The notes under the pieces are model-generated. The model was not told the DNA's origin. It worked only from the letters and a program-made list of their open reading frames with translations, and ran no database searches. A program made the translations under genes and the position numbers. 64,000 nucleotides of DNA from assembly GCA_038870975.1 (NCBI GenBank), contig JAVZJD010000001.1, forward strand, positions 544,001 to 608,000, written 5' to 3'. Shown piece by piece: positions 20,967 to 29,440 of the stretch (its first letter is position 1; every line of letters starts with the position of its first letter). The DNA comes from Candidatus Bathyarchaeia archaeon. GTDB taxonomy: Archaea > Thermoproteota > CALKCG01 > B24.

Positions 20967-21119
20967 TTTACTTCCCTCTATACATCTTCTTAATTTTCAT
21001 GATTTTTTCATAAAATGCTTCCCTTCTTCTCCAATTATTCTCTCTTTAACCGTCATCCACTTCTTTCCCTTCCTCAGAAGATTTTCCAATATTTTGTATA
21101 GGAGGAACGCTTTTATAAA

Positions 21120-21276
21120 TTCATCATCAATCTTTATAGTTGATGAAAAGTTATGGGCTTGGGCACACTACGGAGCCCGTTCCTTAGGTTTAAGAGGTGT
21201 AGCCGATTACATTTTTGAATTGATCCGAAGAGACAAAGCTGAGGCTGAGAAAAGGTCTAAGCCCTCAAATCTTTAG
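21120..21276 (+). pseudogene. RHH/CopG-like DNA-binding protein remnant
   Basis: SSIFIVDEKLWAWAHYGARSLGLRGVADYIFELIRRDK has a beta-alpha-alpha pattern but no credible start codon. Confidence 0.5.
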
Positions 21277-21566
21277 ACCATATCCTACGGAGGCTTTTTC
21301 TAGTCTTTCCATTAAAATCCATAATCTTCCATTTTTATGGTAAATTTTATGGGTGTTTTTATGGTTAGTTAGACCCCCTCCCCCCTAGGTTTTTCCATTA
21401 TATTTTTACGGTGCTTTTCCATAAATATGTCCCGAAAATAATGGAAAATGTCCATTATTTAGCGAATAATTTAAGCATATTTTCATCCGCATTCCGCCGT
21501 TTAAGAAGCGTTATATATGAAGACGGTTAAGTATCTGAGAGAGACGCATATAGCGGTAGTCATCCC

Positions 21567-21869
21567 ATGAAAGACGAGGAATTTATAATCTCCAATAATG
21601 TCGTGAAGCACGTGTTTAGAAGACATAGAGATTGGATTAGTATGTTAGGTTTACGGAGTATTGAGGAGATAAGAATATTTATGGTAGATGTATTGAGGAA
21701 GCCCGATGAGGTTTATAGAGATGTTTTCCATGATAATGTGAGGTATTTTCTTCGAAGGATGAGCGGTGATCTCTGGCTATGCATTGTGACTGTTGGCCCT
21801 GAAGTCCACACAGCATATCTTATAAGCCAGAAGAAATACAATAAGTACAGGGTTACAAGATGGTTATAA
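21567..21869 (+). CDS. Putative BECR-fold/DUF4258-like RNase toxin
   Basis: KHVFRRH...VLRKPDEVY...LCIVTV...VHTAYLIS; overlaps a DUF2283 gene. Confidence 0.7.
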   Translation: MKDEEFIISNNVVKHVFRRHRDWISMLGLRSIEEIRIFMVDVLRKPDEVYRDVFHDNVRYFLRRMSGDLWLCIVTVGPEVHTAYLISQKKYNKYRVTRWL

Positions 21870-22138
21870 TGTCTCTGTTAGATATTGATATGCGGATGCT
21901 TATTGAGGGTATTGAAAGAGTCTGTGGCATAAGCCTACCTAGAAGGGTGACGGAGACATACTTAGATCCGGAAGCCGGAATCTTATATGTAAGGTTCTCG
22001 GAGCCTAAAAGAGTGGAAACCGGGGAGCCACTACCATTAAAAGCTTTAGCAACCATCTTTAGAGATGAAGACACGGGTGAGATCACAGCAATAGAGATTC
22101 TGAAGCCAGAGGAGCTTCTAAACGAACTCAACCTATAA
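21860..22138 (+). CDS. DUF2283 family putative antitoxin
   Basis: YLDPEAGILYVRF...DEDTGEITAIEIL. Confidence 0.85.
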   Translation: MVIMSLLDIDMRMLIEGIERVCGISLPRRVTETYLDPEAGILYVRFSEPKRVETGEPLPLKALATIFRDEDTGEITAIEILKPEELLNELNL

Positions 22139-22221
22139 TTTAGCGCCCCTATCGACCCTCTTCGTAGCCTAGTTTCAAAATCACGCCCCTACTCTTTACC
22201 TCCAATGGAGGACAGACCACT

Positions 22222-22430
22222 AAAAAATAGGGGGTTTGCAGGGGGATTTCTCCATCTATCCTTGGTTCAAGTCCGACCCGCGGCACCTTCACCATACAGC
22301 CTCCATTAGTTAAGCGGTGGAGACGGTCTTCTTTCAACTGTTTACTAGTAAACCAAGATAATTTACTAGTAAAAGCTGGCTCGCTTAGTAATGCTATGGT
22401 AAGCTGCTGAAGATTTTGAAAGCATTTAGG
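22222..22430 (+). repeat. Composite att-like junction 1: left arm A + tRNA-Phe 3' core (22264-22285) + int(N)-like right arm
   Basis: Core 21/22 identical to 20699-20720; minus-strand translation FQNLQQLTIALLSEPAFTSKLSWFTSK...NGG is homologous to 20658..20966. Confidence 0.9.
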
Positions 22431-22614
22431 TAAATAAAAACAAAATATTTTGAAACGATGTTCAAAAACAAATAGGGTAAAATATTATTTTCTTGTCTCA
22501 AAATTTAAAATATGAAGGTAAAGCTTACCAATATAGTGCGGCTCCTACCTATTAAGGCTTATGTTAAATGCTTTATAATTTGATTCCAATAGTTAAATCC
22601 CAAGATATCGCTAA

Positions 22615-22643
22615 GAGAAAAAGAGGGGGTTGCGGGGGATCTC
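22615..22643 (+). repeat. Partial left arm A without tRNA core
   Basis: GAGAAAAAGAGGGGGTTGCGGGGGATCTC resembles the arms at 22222, 23225 and 24375. Confidence 0.6.
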
Positions 22644-22744
22644 GTTAATCATTTTTGCATATAATAGGGTTTATAGGTTTAAATACGAGAGAATGTAAAA
22701 CTTTAATTTAGACATTCTAATAATCATCTTTAGGTGTTAAAGAG

Positions 22745-22951
22745 TTGGATGTATCTGTTTCTGAAAGCCAATTGAGGCTTATATTAAATAGATTGGATAT
22801 GGTTAGGCTGGAGCTTTTGAGGCTTAGAGCCATGCTTCTACCTGAAGAGGAGTTGAGTGAGGAAGAGAGGAGAGAGCTTGAAGAGGCTCGAAGAGAGATA
22901 GCTGAGGGCTTCAGCGTAAGCCTTGAAGATCTCATTAAGGAGATAGGCTGA
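22745..22951 (+). CDS. Antitoxin, RelE partner
   Basis: 68 aa acidic, EEELSEEERRELEEARREIAEG..VSLEDL; directly upstream of relE. Confidence 0.8.
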   Translation: MDVSVSESQLRLILNRLDMVRLELLRLRAMLLPEEELSEEERRELEEARREIAEGFSVSLEDLIKEIG

Positions 22952-22957
22952 CAATAA

Positions 22958-23221
22958 ATGTTTCAGATACTCGTATCCCAGAGAGCTAGAAAATCCATTG
23001 AGAAACTTCCTGGGTACTATAAAAGAAGGATCATTGAGCTACTACTAATTTTCCGTGAAAACCCGGTTCCAGCCGAATATTACGACGTCAAAAAGCTTAA
23101 AGGATACACTGATACTTATAGAGTTAGAATCGGTAACGTTCGGGTAATCTACGAAATATTATGGGATTCTAAGAAGGTTCATATTTTATTAGTCGAATGG
23201 AGAGAAAGAGCCTACACTTAA
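22958..23221 (+). CDS. relE: RelE/ParE family toxin
   Basis: RARKSIEKL...KKLKGYTDTYRVRIGNVRVIY...RERAY. Confidence 0.92.
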   Translation: MFQILVSQRARKSIEKLPGYYKRRIIELLLIFRENPVPAEYYDVKKLKGYTDTYRVRIGNVRVIYEILWDSKKVHILLVEWRERAYT

Positions 23222-23224
23222 AAC

Positions 23225-23293
23225 AAAAAGAAAGAGGGATTTTGCGGGAGATTTCTCCAGCCGTCTCTGATTCGAACCCCGCCTGGTCTACCA
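23225..23293 (+). repeat. Composite junction 2: left arm A + non-Phe tRNA-like 3' end (tRNA-Ala-like)
   Basis: Arm 37/40 identical to 24375-24414, followed in the same register by GATTCGAACCCCGCCTGGTCTACCA. Confidence 0.75.
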
Positions 23294-23510
23294 CTTATAT
23301 ACTCCTTGATGAACTCCTACAGCTTTAATCTTTTAAAACAATAATCTATGTTTTCCCACGACAAAGAACCGAAATGGATGAGGAAGAAATCACCATCACT
23401 AGTCAATGGCAGGTTCGAACCTATCCCCGTATATCATGACCCACGCAATTCCACCTTAGCATTTCAGGCTTATTTCAGCAACCACTCTTTTCTTTTGGCA
23501 AGCTTAATCG

Positions 23511-23867
23511 TTAATTTGCGACCTCTTCAATTTCTTCTAGTATTTTTGAGAACTGCTCTTTAAGTCTTGGTAGATCTCTCTTCACGGTCTCCCAAACTAA
23601 GTCTAGGTTTACGCCAAAATACTGGTGGATTAATTTATCCCTCATCCCAGCAATCTCCTTCCATGGAACCTCCGAATACCTTGATTTAGTTTCTCTACTA
23701 ATGTTCTTTGCCGCCTCTCCAATTATTTCGAGTCCTCTTAAGACCGCGTACTGCTTTTCAACGTTGGCAAGAAAATCCTCTTTACTGATACCTTCAATAA
23801 ACTTCTCTATATTTGATGCTGCCTCCACTATATGCTTGAGGTATGCTTTATCTCTTCTTGTAGACAA
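23511..23867 (-). CDS. hepT: HepT-like (DUF86) HEPN RNase toxin
   Basis: [27 protein letters not shown] (Rx4HxY). Confidence 0.92.
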   Translation of the reverse strand: MSTRRDKAYLKHIVEAASNIEKFIEGISKEDFLANVEKQYAVLRGLEIIGEAAKNISRETKSRYSEVPWKEIAGMRDKLIHQYFGVNLDLVWETVKRDLPRLKEQFSKILEEIEEVAN

Positions 23868-24183
23868 TTATCATTTCCCTCTTTACATCATCGATTATGT
23901 GCGGGTTTATGCTGCTGAAAATCCCAAGGTCAACCTTCCTCCCAAAGACCTCGCTCATCTCCTCCTCAATCCTTATGAGATCAAGGAGAGATTTCCCACT
24001 ATCTCTATCAAATTCTATGGCAACATCTATATCGCTCTCCGACTTCTGCTCCCCTCTAGCGAAGGAGCCGAAAATAGCCATAAAAACTATATTATTTCTC
24101 TCACAAACCTCAATCAGCTTCTCTTCTAAACCTTCTTTCATTAAATCTTTTGGTAAATCCTGAATCTTGCTTTTAGGAAGCAC
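23848..24183 (-). CDS. mntA: MntA-like nucleotidyltransferase antitoxin
   Basis: [25 protein letters not shown]. Confidence 0.9.
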   Translation of the reverse strand: MLPKSKIQDLPKDLMKEGLEEKLIEVCERNNIVFMAIFGSFARGEQKSESDIDVAIEFDRDSGKSLLDLIRIEEEMSEVFGRKVDLGIFSSINPHIIDDVKREMIIVYKKR

Positions 24184-24374
24184 GTCTTTTATCTTCTATC
24201 TCCTTAAATTTAATCCTTTTTCTCACTAAGCACCCCGCTATTTAGGACTTCTATCTAAGTCTAAGTGAGACGCACGGAAAATGGGGAAGCTCAAGGCTAA
24301 TAAAACATTAAGATAAGATGCTTCTTACACCATTAAAAACCATTTCTTAAAGCGGAAATATAAACGCAAAACAG

Positions 24375-24517
24375 AAAAAGAAAGAGAGGTTTTGCAGGAG
24401 ATTTCTCCAGCCGTTTTTAGTTTAAGTCCGGCCCGCGGCACTTTCACCATACAACATCCATTAGTTAAGTAGGGATAGAGGTCTTCTTTCAAATCTTTAC
24501 TAGTAAACTCGAATAAT
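24375..24517 (+). repeat. Composite junction 3: left arm A + tRNA-Phe core (24419-24440) + truncated right arm
   Basis: Core 20/22 identical to the tRNA; CTTTCACCATAC...CCATTAGTTAAG...TTTACTAGTAAAC resembles junction 1. Confidence 0.9.
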
Positions 24518-24553
24518 GTATAAGCCCAGGGTATCACACTATAGTATGGCTAT

Positions 24554-24587
24554 GGGAGGCAATTAAGCTGTGCAAGCAGCTAGACAT
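24554..24587 (+). repeat. 34-bp exact inverted copy of 25306-25339 (inside the DUF3368 gene)
   Basis: GGGAGGCAATTAAGCTGTGCAAGCAGCTAGACAT; the flanking bases mismatch on both sides. Confidence 0.93.
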
Positions 24588-24679
24588 TCCACGTGATCAA
24601 GAGAGGATCTAAAAGCTTAGGCGGTATGATAGTTGGCGTGTATAAGGCTGCTTCAACATGGTTTGGAAAGGATAAGCCT

Positions 24680-24824
24680 CTATGGCTAGATGGGGTTAGG
24701 GTCATCGAGGAGTATGAGGAAGAGAAGAAAAGTGGAGAGCTAGAGCTGGTAGGCTGGAGGATGCTGAGAGAGCTGGAGACAGATGAGATTCGAGGTATAC
24801 CTTACGAAGAAAGCCATAATATAA
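24680..24824 (+). pseudogene. Decayed RelBE-like remnant
   Basis: Antitoxin-like tail VIEEYEEEKKSGELELV followed by MRFEVYLTKKAII* (RelE-like start, then stop). Confidence 0.45.
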
Positions 24825-25067
24825 CTAAATCCTCCCAAGAGAACAAGCATACCAACAGTGGCGGATATGTAATAGATAGAACAGCCGCAATAAAGGCTTT
24901 TGTTAACCCCTTTACCTCAAGGTATAGAGTATCTGAATAGAAAATGCTTGAAGTGGCATGGGCAGGCCGGGGATGGAGGTCGACGCCTAAGGCTCCTTAT
25001 GCTTGAACAGTTCCCTGCAATACCTTAACCTTAATTATCGGAAGACGACAAAATGTTATTGAGGCGT

Positions 25068-25622
25068 CTAAATATGGACCGTGGAATTGTTCGTAGGTTT
25101 TAGCTCGCAGAGGATTCTGCGGTATAATTCTGGGCTTATTCTGAACCCGGCTTTTAGGAGCTCGTCTAGGATTTGGACTGCCTCATCCCTCATTATTGTT
25201 CCCCGCTTATAAGCCTTGATTATTACGCCGCATGTTCCGATCGGCGTTACATTAAGCATCCTTGAGACTCTCCTCGCTTCTCTATCGTCCGCTATAAGAT
25301 ATTTTATGTCTAGCTGCTTGCACAGCTTAATTGCCTCCCTCTCCCCTGAACCGAGCCTCACATTTGTGTCCAGGAAGCGGTATTCAGCGTCTATCTTAGG
25401 CTTTACCCGCTCCCTAATTATCCATGCTCCAACAGCTCGCTCAATAATGAACGCATCACTAATGTTAAGAGCTTTCCCCTTGACCACCGCCTCCTCAAAG
25501 ACGGCCTCGGGGATAAAGATTCTCTCAAAGAGAGATCTAAGTATGTCAAGCTTGCCGACCTTCGCCAGATAGATTAGTGGTGTGGAGTTTGAGACTGCGT
25601 AGGTAGGCTTATCCTCGCTCAA
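25068..25622 (-). CDS. DUF3368 family PIN-domain protein
   Basis: VSNSTPLIYL, IPEAVFEE, LGSGEREAI, IADDREAR, GTCGVI, GFRIS. Confidence 0.9.
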   Translation of the reverse strand: MSEDKPTYAVSNSTPLIYLAKVGKLDILRSLFERIFIPEAVFEEAVVKGKALNISDAFIIERAVGAWIIRERVKPKIDAEYRFLDTNVRLGSGEREAIKLCKQLDIKYLIADDREARRVSRMLNVTPIGTCGVIIKAYKRGTIMRDEAVQILDELLKAGFRISPELYRRILCELKPTNNSTVHI

Positions 25623-25935
25623 GCGCCCTCAGATCCTCTTCCAAATCCTCAACGCTATATTGGAGTGTAACCTTCTTCTGCGCCAATACATCAATCATCT
25701 CCCATATTGAGATGCCAGCAATCTCGGCAGCTCTTGAAAGCGTAACCAACCCATCCCTATACAATTCCACAGCTTTCCTAAGCCTCCACTCACGCAAGTA
25801 ATGCTCCAAAGCTCTCTCCAGAATGGTCGACTTATCCACCTTCTCCTCCTTGGCTATCTCCTCTATGAAACGCACTATTTCCTTAGGCAGCCTAGCCGAA
25901 ACCACCTCAGACAAGGATAGACCCCCCGTATACAA
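25609..25935 (-). CDS. UPF0175 family antitoxin with N-terminal RHH
   Basis: VVSARLP...VDKSTIL; AVELYRDGLVTLSRAAEIAGISIWEM...LEEDL. Confidence 0.9.
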   Translation of the reverse strand: MYTGGLSLSEVVSARLPKEIVRFIEEIAKEEKVDKSTILERALEHYLREWRLRKAVELYRDGLVTLSRAAEIAGISIWEMIDVLAQKKVTLQYSVEDLEEDLRALERG

Positions 25936-26069
25936 TTTAAAACCATGTTTACATATTTAAACATTAACTATAACCATGCATCATCTCTCTAGGAAACATT
26001 CTTAAATATTGGGGCGATATTAAAAATGTTATTGGGTGCCCAGACGTGAGCGATGGTTCCACCCATGTA

Positions 26070-26102
26070 ATGAAGGGCACCAGCCTCTAGGGTTTAAATC
26101 CC
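26070..26102 (+). repeat. Composite junction 4 (degenerate): left arm B + T-loop remnant
   Basis: ATGAAGGGCACCAG is identical to 30583-30596; GGTTTAAATCC starts 21 bp after the arm start, the same register as the core at 30604. Confidence 0.65.
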
Positions 26103-26150
26103 TTCTTCTTTTAAATCCAGAAGTAATGAGTTTAGCGTGAAGAGCACTAT

Positions 26151-26183
26151 TTATGATCATTATGAGAGACTTAATGATCATAA
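26151..26183. repeat. Perfect 12-bp inverted repeat
   Basis: TTATGATCATTA-N9-TAATGATCATAA. Confidence 0.6.
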
Positions 26184-26214
26184 CTATCTTCATTTTTACT
26201 CCCTCAGTTTAAGA

Positions 26215-26793
26215 TTAGGTTTTGTAGTTTCTTGCGTAAAGGACTATGCCTACTGCTAGAATATCCATGCATGAGGCCGCGACGACCATTATATCAAATA
26301 ATATTGTTAGACTCGTGATGGACGCTTCCCTTAAGAAAAGCGAGGTTAAAGCGTCGGTAACATAGTAGCTAGGTACAAATTTGCTGACCACTTGAGCATA
26401 GGAGGATAGCGAGGCACCAACAAATGTGCCTAAAAATAGTTGTGGAAGCACAAAAAGAAAGGCTATTCCCGTTGCTGCATCGAATGTTTTGGCTAGGACG
26501 GCTGTAATTAAGCCGAAGCCTACATTAGATAAGGAGAAGATTAGCACAAGGAGGAAAGCCATGACGTAAACCAGAAGTCCTACATTCGGCCTGAAACCCA
26601 TAAGATAAGTTGCGATAAAAACGAGAGCCGCCTGAATTAAGGCTATGAGCATGTAAGATAAAACATGGCTCATAATGAATTCAGTTGGAGTCATAGGAGT
26701 TAACCTTATTCTCCTCAGCATACCGTTCTCTCGGTCTTGGGTAAAGGACTGAGCAACAACCATTAGGATGAAAATAGATGCGAAAGTGAGCAT
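26215..26793 (-). pseudogene. 5'-truncated ABC-2 permease
   Basis: DRENGMLRRIRLTP, PQLFLG, VPSYYVTDAL; N-terminal half and ATPase partner missing. Confidence 0.75.
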
Positions 26794-26836
26794 CTATTTT
26801 CACTTTCTTCACTTCTTCAAACAAGTGAAGAAAGTG
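26769..26836. repeat. Two abutting perfect hairpins at the permease truncation point
   Basis: TGAAAATAGATGC-N8-GCATCTATTTTCA (13 bp) and CACTTTCTTCACTT-N8-AAGTGAAGAAAGTG (14 bp). Confidence 0.9.
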
Positions 26837-27244
26837 GTTTTTATCCCCGCTTCACAAGTTAGTAAAGCTCACTAATATGATGCTACTCGTACTTATTAAA
26901 GCTTATGTTAAGTTAAATGCCAGCCCGATGGTTGCTCCATAATGTGTGCCGTATGCTATTAACACTTTCACAATCTTACCTGGACAATAGTTCTTAACAA
27001 AAAATAAAAAGATATAAGATTATCTTGACTGATAGAACACTTCACGTTCTTTACGAATCAAATGAAAATCTGGAAATTTAAAGGGATTGGTTGAAGAGTA
27101 AAATGATAGCTTAGAGGGGGAGGTCTAAAAGTCCATACAAAGTTCATACAAAACCAAAAAGCTCTAAACGAGGAGAGAGCAACTTGAGTACTTTCCATTG
27201 TAACATAGTTGTTTTTCACTAGCTCAGTTATCAGTCTGACGGAT

Positions 27245-28214
27245 TTAGCGAACTTCGCATACTCCTCCTGGATCTCGCAGGCCATATAGCGCTGTACGAC
27301 GCCTAATTGATAGCCCATAAGCACTCGTCACAATTACTTTTTCAATGAACCTCGTTAATTCACTAGCAAATCTTGTGGCCAATTTAGCGTCCACGCCTAT
27401 TTTTTCCACCATATACTGTTGTATCCGTTCAGCGCTTGAATCTCTGTCATAACCACAGGCATACATTATTTTCCCGATTTGCCACACTAGACTGTCAAGC
27501 CTTAGCAATGATATGTTGCCGCCTACTCTTTCCTTCAAGCTTTTGAGGACAAGTATCCAAGCTTTCCTGAAAGACTCATCGCTTCCATAATGCTCCAGTA
27601 ATCCGGCACTAACTGTAACATTTTTGACGTGAAAATCTACTGGGATAGGAATATCCCAAGGAAACTTAGCGTAATCACCGAAACAAATCACATGGGAAAT
27701 ATCAAATGCCTTCATGGCAAAGACCATGGTTTTCCGCTCCATTCTGCTTTCAATGGTTTCCGATAGCCTTTTCCAAAGTAGAACGGGGTTTTCCCTTATC
27801 CTCTCATAATTCTCAACAAACCATTTTCCAAACCCGGAATTAAAAATCTTCCAGATTCTGGCAACCTTTATCCGCAAACTACGTACATTTATGGGCTCAT
27901 TGAGGAAGACTTTTATTAAAAATTCAACCTGTTTTAAATTATTCAGGTTATCGAAGCCGCTTGCAACTCTAGCTAACGTTGCCCAAAAAATTATCTGCGC
28001 CGCCGTGACCAAGCTGAAAGTCGATGATTCCCGTACAAATAGATATTAGACCCAGAAACTCCGGCTTCACTCCCCTCTCTCGAATGGCTTTTAGGGCTTG
28101 ATACTCAGGTTCCAGCATATCGAACTTAACGATTTTATCGAGTCCTAATTCGCAGAATAAATCTGCAATAACTTTAACACGCTCAAGATTAACGTCAACT
28201 TCTTCCACAGACAT
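27245..28214 (-). pseudogene. AGOG-like N-glycosylase/DNA lyase, split by a 1-nt frameshift
   Basis: EPEY, DFQL, KTMVFAMK, IPIPVDFHV, LDSLVW motifs; removing one T from the T6 run (A6 at 27985-27990) joins ...GGADNF to WATLARV... Confidence 0.8.
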
Positions 28215-28231
28215 CCCAAATTACTCCCGAA

Positions 28232-28690
28232 CTAACAGTCAAAAGGATCATTATTTTCGATAGCCCTTCTCACATTTGCCATGGCCTCACCTAGGCGAAG
28301 TCCTGAAGTCGGTGCGATAACCTCTACCCTAAAATTCTCAAAAGCCCTTCTAACGATCTCAACGTAATCTCGACCGCCTAGTACAACCACCTTGTCAAAT
28401 CTACTAAGATTCTTCTCCTTAATCTGCTCTTTAAGCTTCTCCAAGCTAACAGGTTTGGTCTGGGGTTTCTTAAAGGTTACATTATAATTTTCAGGAATAA
28501 TGGAATCTGGGTCGATAAAACCATATTTAGCGGAGAGAATCACCCATCGGTCTGCAAACTTCTCTGCATACTCTCTATTGGTTTTGAAGAAAGCACTAAC
28601 ATATGTATCCCTCGCCGGCTTAGGACCAGCGTCTGGCTGGAGGTCCCAGATTTTCTTAAATCCACACGAAACTACCACTAATACCGCCAT
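28232..28690 (-). CDS. DUF6884 (YaaA-like) domain protein
   Basis: VVSCGFKK...PARDTYVSAFF...WVILSAKYGFIDPD..I.NYNVTF...LGGRDY. Confidence 0.8.
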   Translation of the reverse strand: MAVLVVVSCGFKKIWDLQPDAGPKPARDTYVSAFFKTNREYAEKFADRWVILSAKYGFIDPDSIIPENYNVTFKKPQTKPVSLEKLKEQIKEKNLSRFDKVVVLGGRDYVEIVRRAFENFRVEVIAPTSGLRLGEAMANVRRAIENNDPFDC

Positions 28691-29059
28691 CCAAAACCCA
28701 ATCTAGCTAATTAAAACCTTCTTATTTCAGTATAAATTAAATTGAGCTTAAACGCCTTTTAAATCCTAGTCTCAACATCCCCTACAAGCGCTTCTCAGAG
28801 AACCTATATTTGGAAGAAGACAATCTTGTTTAACTGTGAAAATAAAAATAGGAGCTTTGCAGGTCTTCTCGAATTGGGTAAGCCGCAAGCTCCCTCAGAC
28901 CTCCTAGAATCGGAAAGAGGGGTTGGACCTCGTTAGAATCTTCTTTCCACGTATCACTCTGGTTTGGAAACAGCCTTAGAAGTCTGGATTTGATAGAGGA
29001 TGCAGACGTTTCCTCAAAAGTGAAAATTGCAGACACTCTGATAAGCAGTTTTCTCTTAA

Positions 29060-29440
29060 TTATTGTAGAAGTTTAAGGCCGAAATTCTTGAAAATACTGA
29101 AGTGCTTTAAATCGAATGTGTAGAGGGATGCTCCTCTATTTAACACTATGGCTGCAATCATGACATCTGTCCTTCGTACAGGTGTTCCTAAACTTTCCGC
29201 TTTTAGCTCTAATTCGGCGGATAACTGGGCATCCCTCTTTGTATAATCAATTATTGGTAGGAGCAGAACATCTCTAACAGGCTTCGCATACTTTTCAAGA
29301 CCATATAAAATTTCATGGAGATTAATCACTGTTGTGGCAACATCCTCGCCTCTCTCAATAAGCTTCCTTAAAGCCTCATCGCCCCTAGCAGACCGCCTAT
29401 CAAAGATCTCAATTAAAACATCCGTATCTAAGACGATCAT
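29060..29440 (-). CDS. vapC: VapC PIN-domain toxin
   Basis: IVLDTDVLI, EILYG, DVMIAAI, LYTFDLKHF. Confidence 0.93.
   Translation of the reverse strand: MIVLDTDVLIEIFDRRSARGDEALRKLIERGEDVATTVINLHEILYGLEKYAKPVRDVLLLPIIDYTKRDAQLSAELELKAESLGTPVRRTDVMIAAIVLNRGASLYTFDLKHFSIFKNFGLKLLQ

Noticed and set aside
22200-22211. ORB-like CTCCAATGGAGG
   Set aside because: Short, single, and far from the cdc6 remnant; insufficient for an origin call.
22654-22681. dif/Xer-like site TTTGCATATAA-TAGGGT-TTATAGGTTTA
   Set aside because: Has the TATAA-N6-TTATA core, but the outer arms pair poorly, it is a single copy, and it could be an AT-rich promoter element upstream of the relBE pair.
24593-24940. 115-aa ORF as a real protein
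   Set aside because: Mosaic of an antitoxin-like tail, a RelE-like start in another frame and an opposite-strand membrane-protein fragment.
27058-27324. 88-aa ORF overlapping the AGOG 3' end
   Set aside because: No recognisable family; probably a rearrangement remnant or chance ORF.
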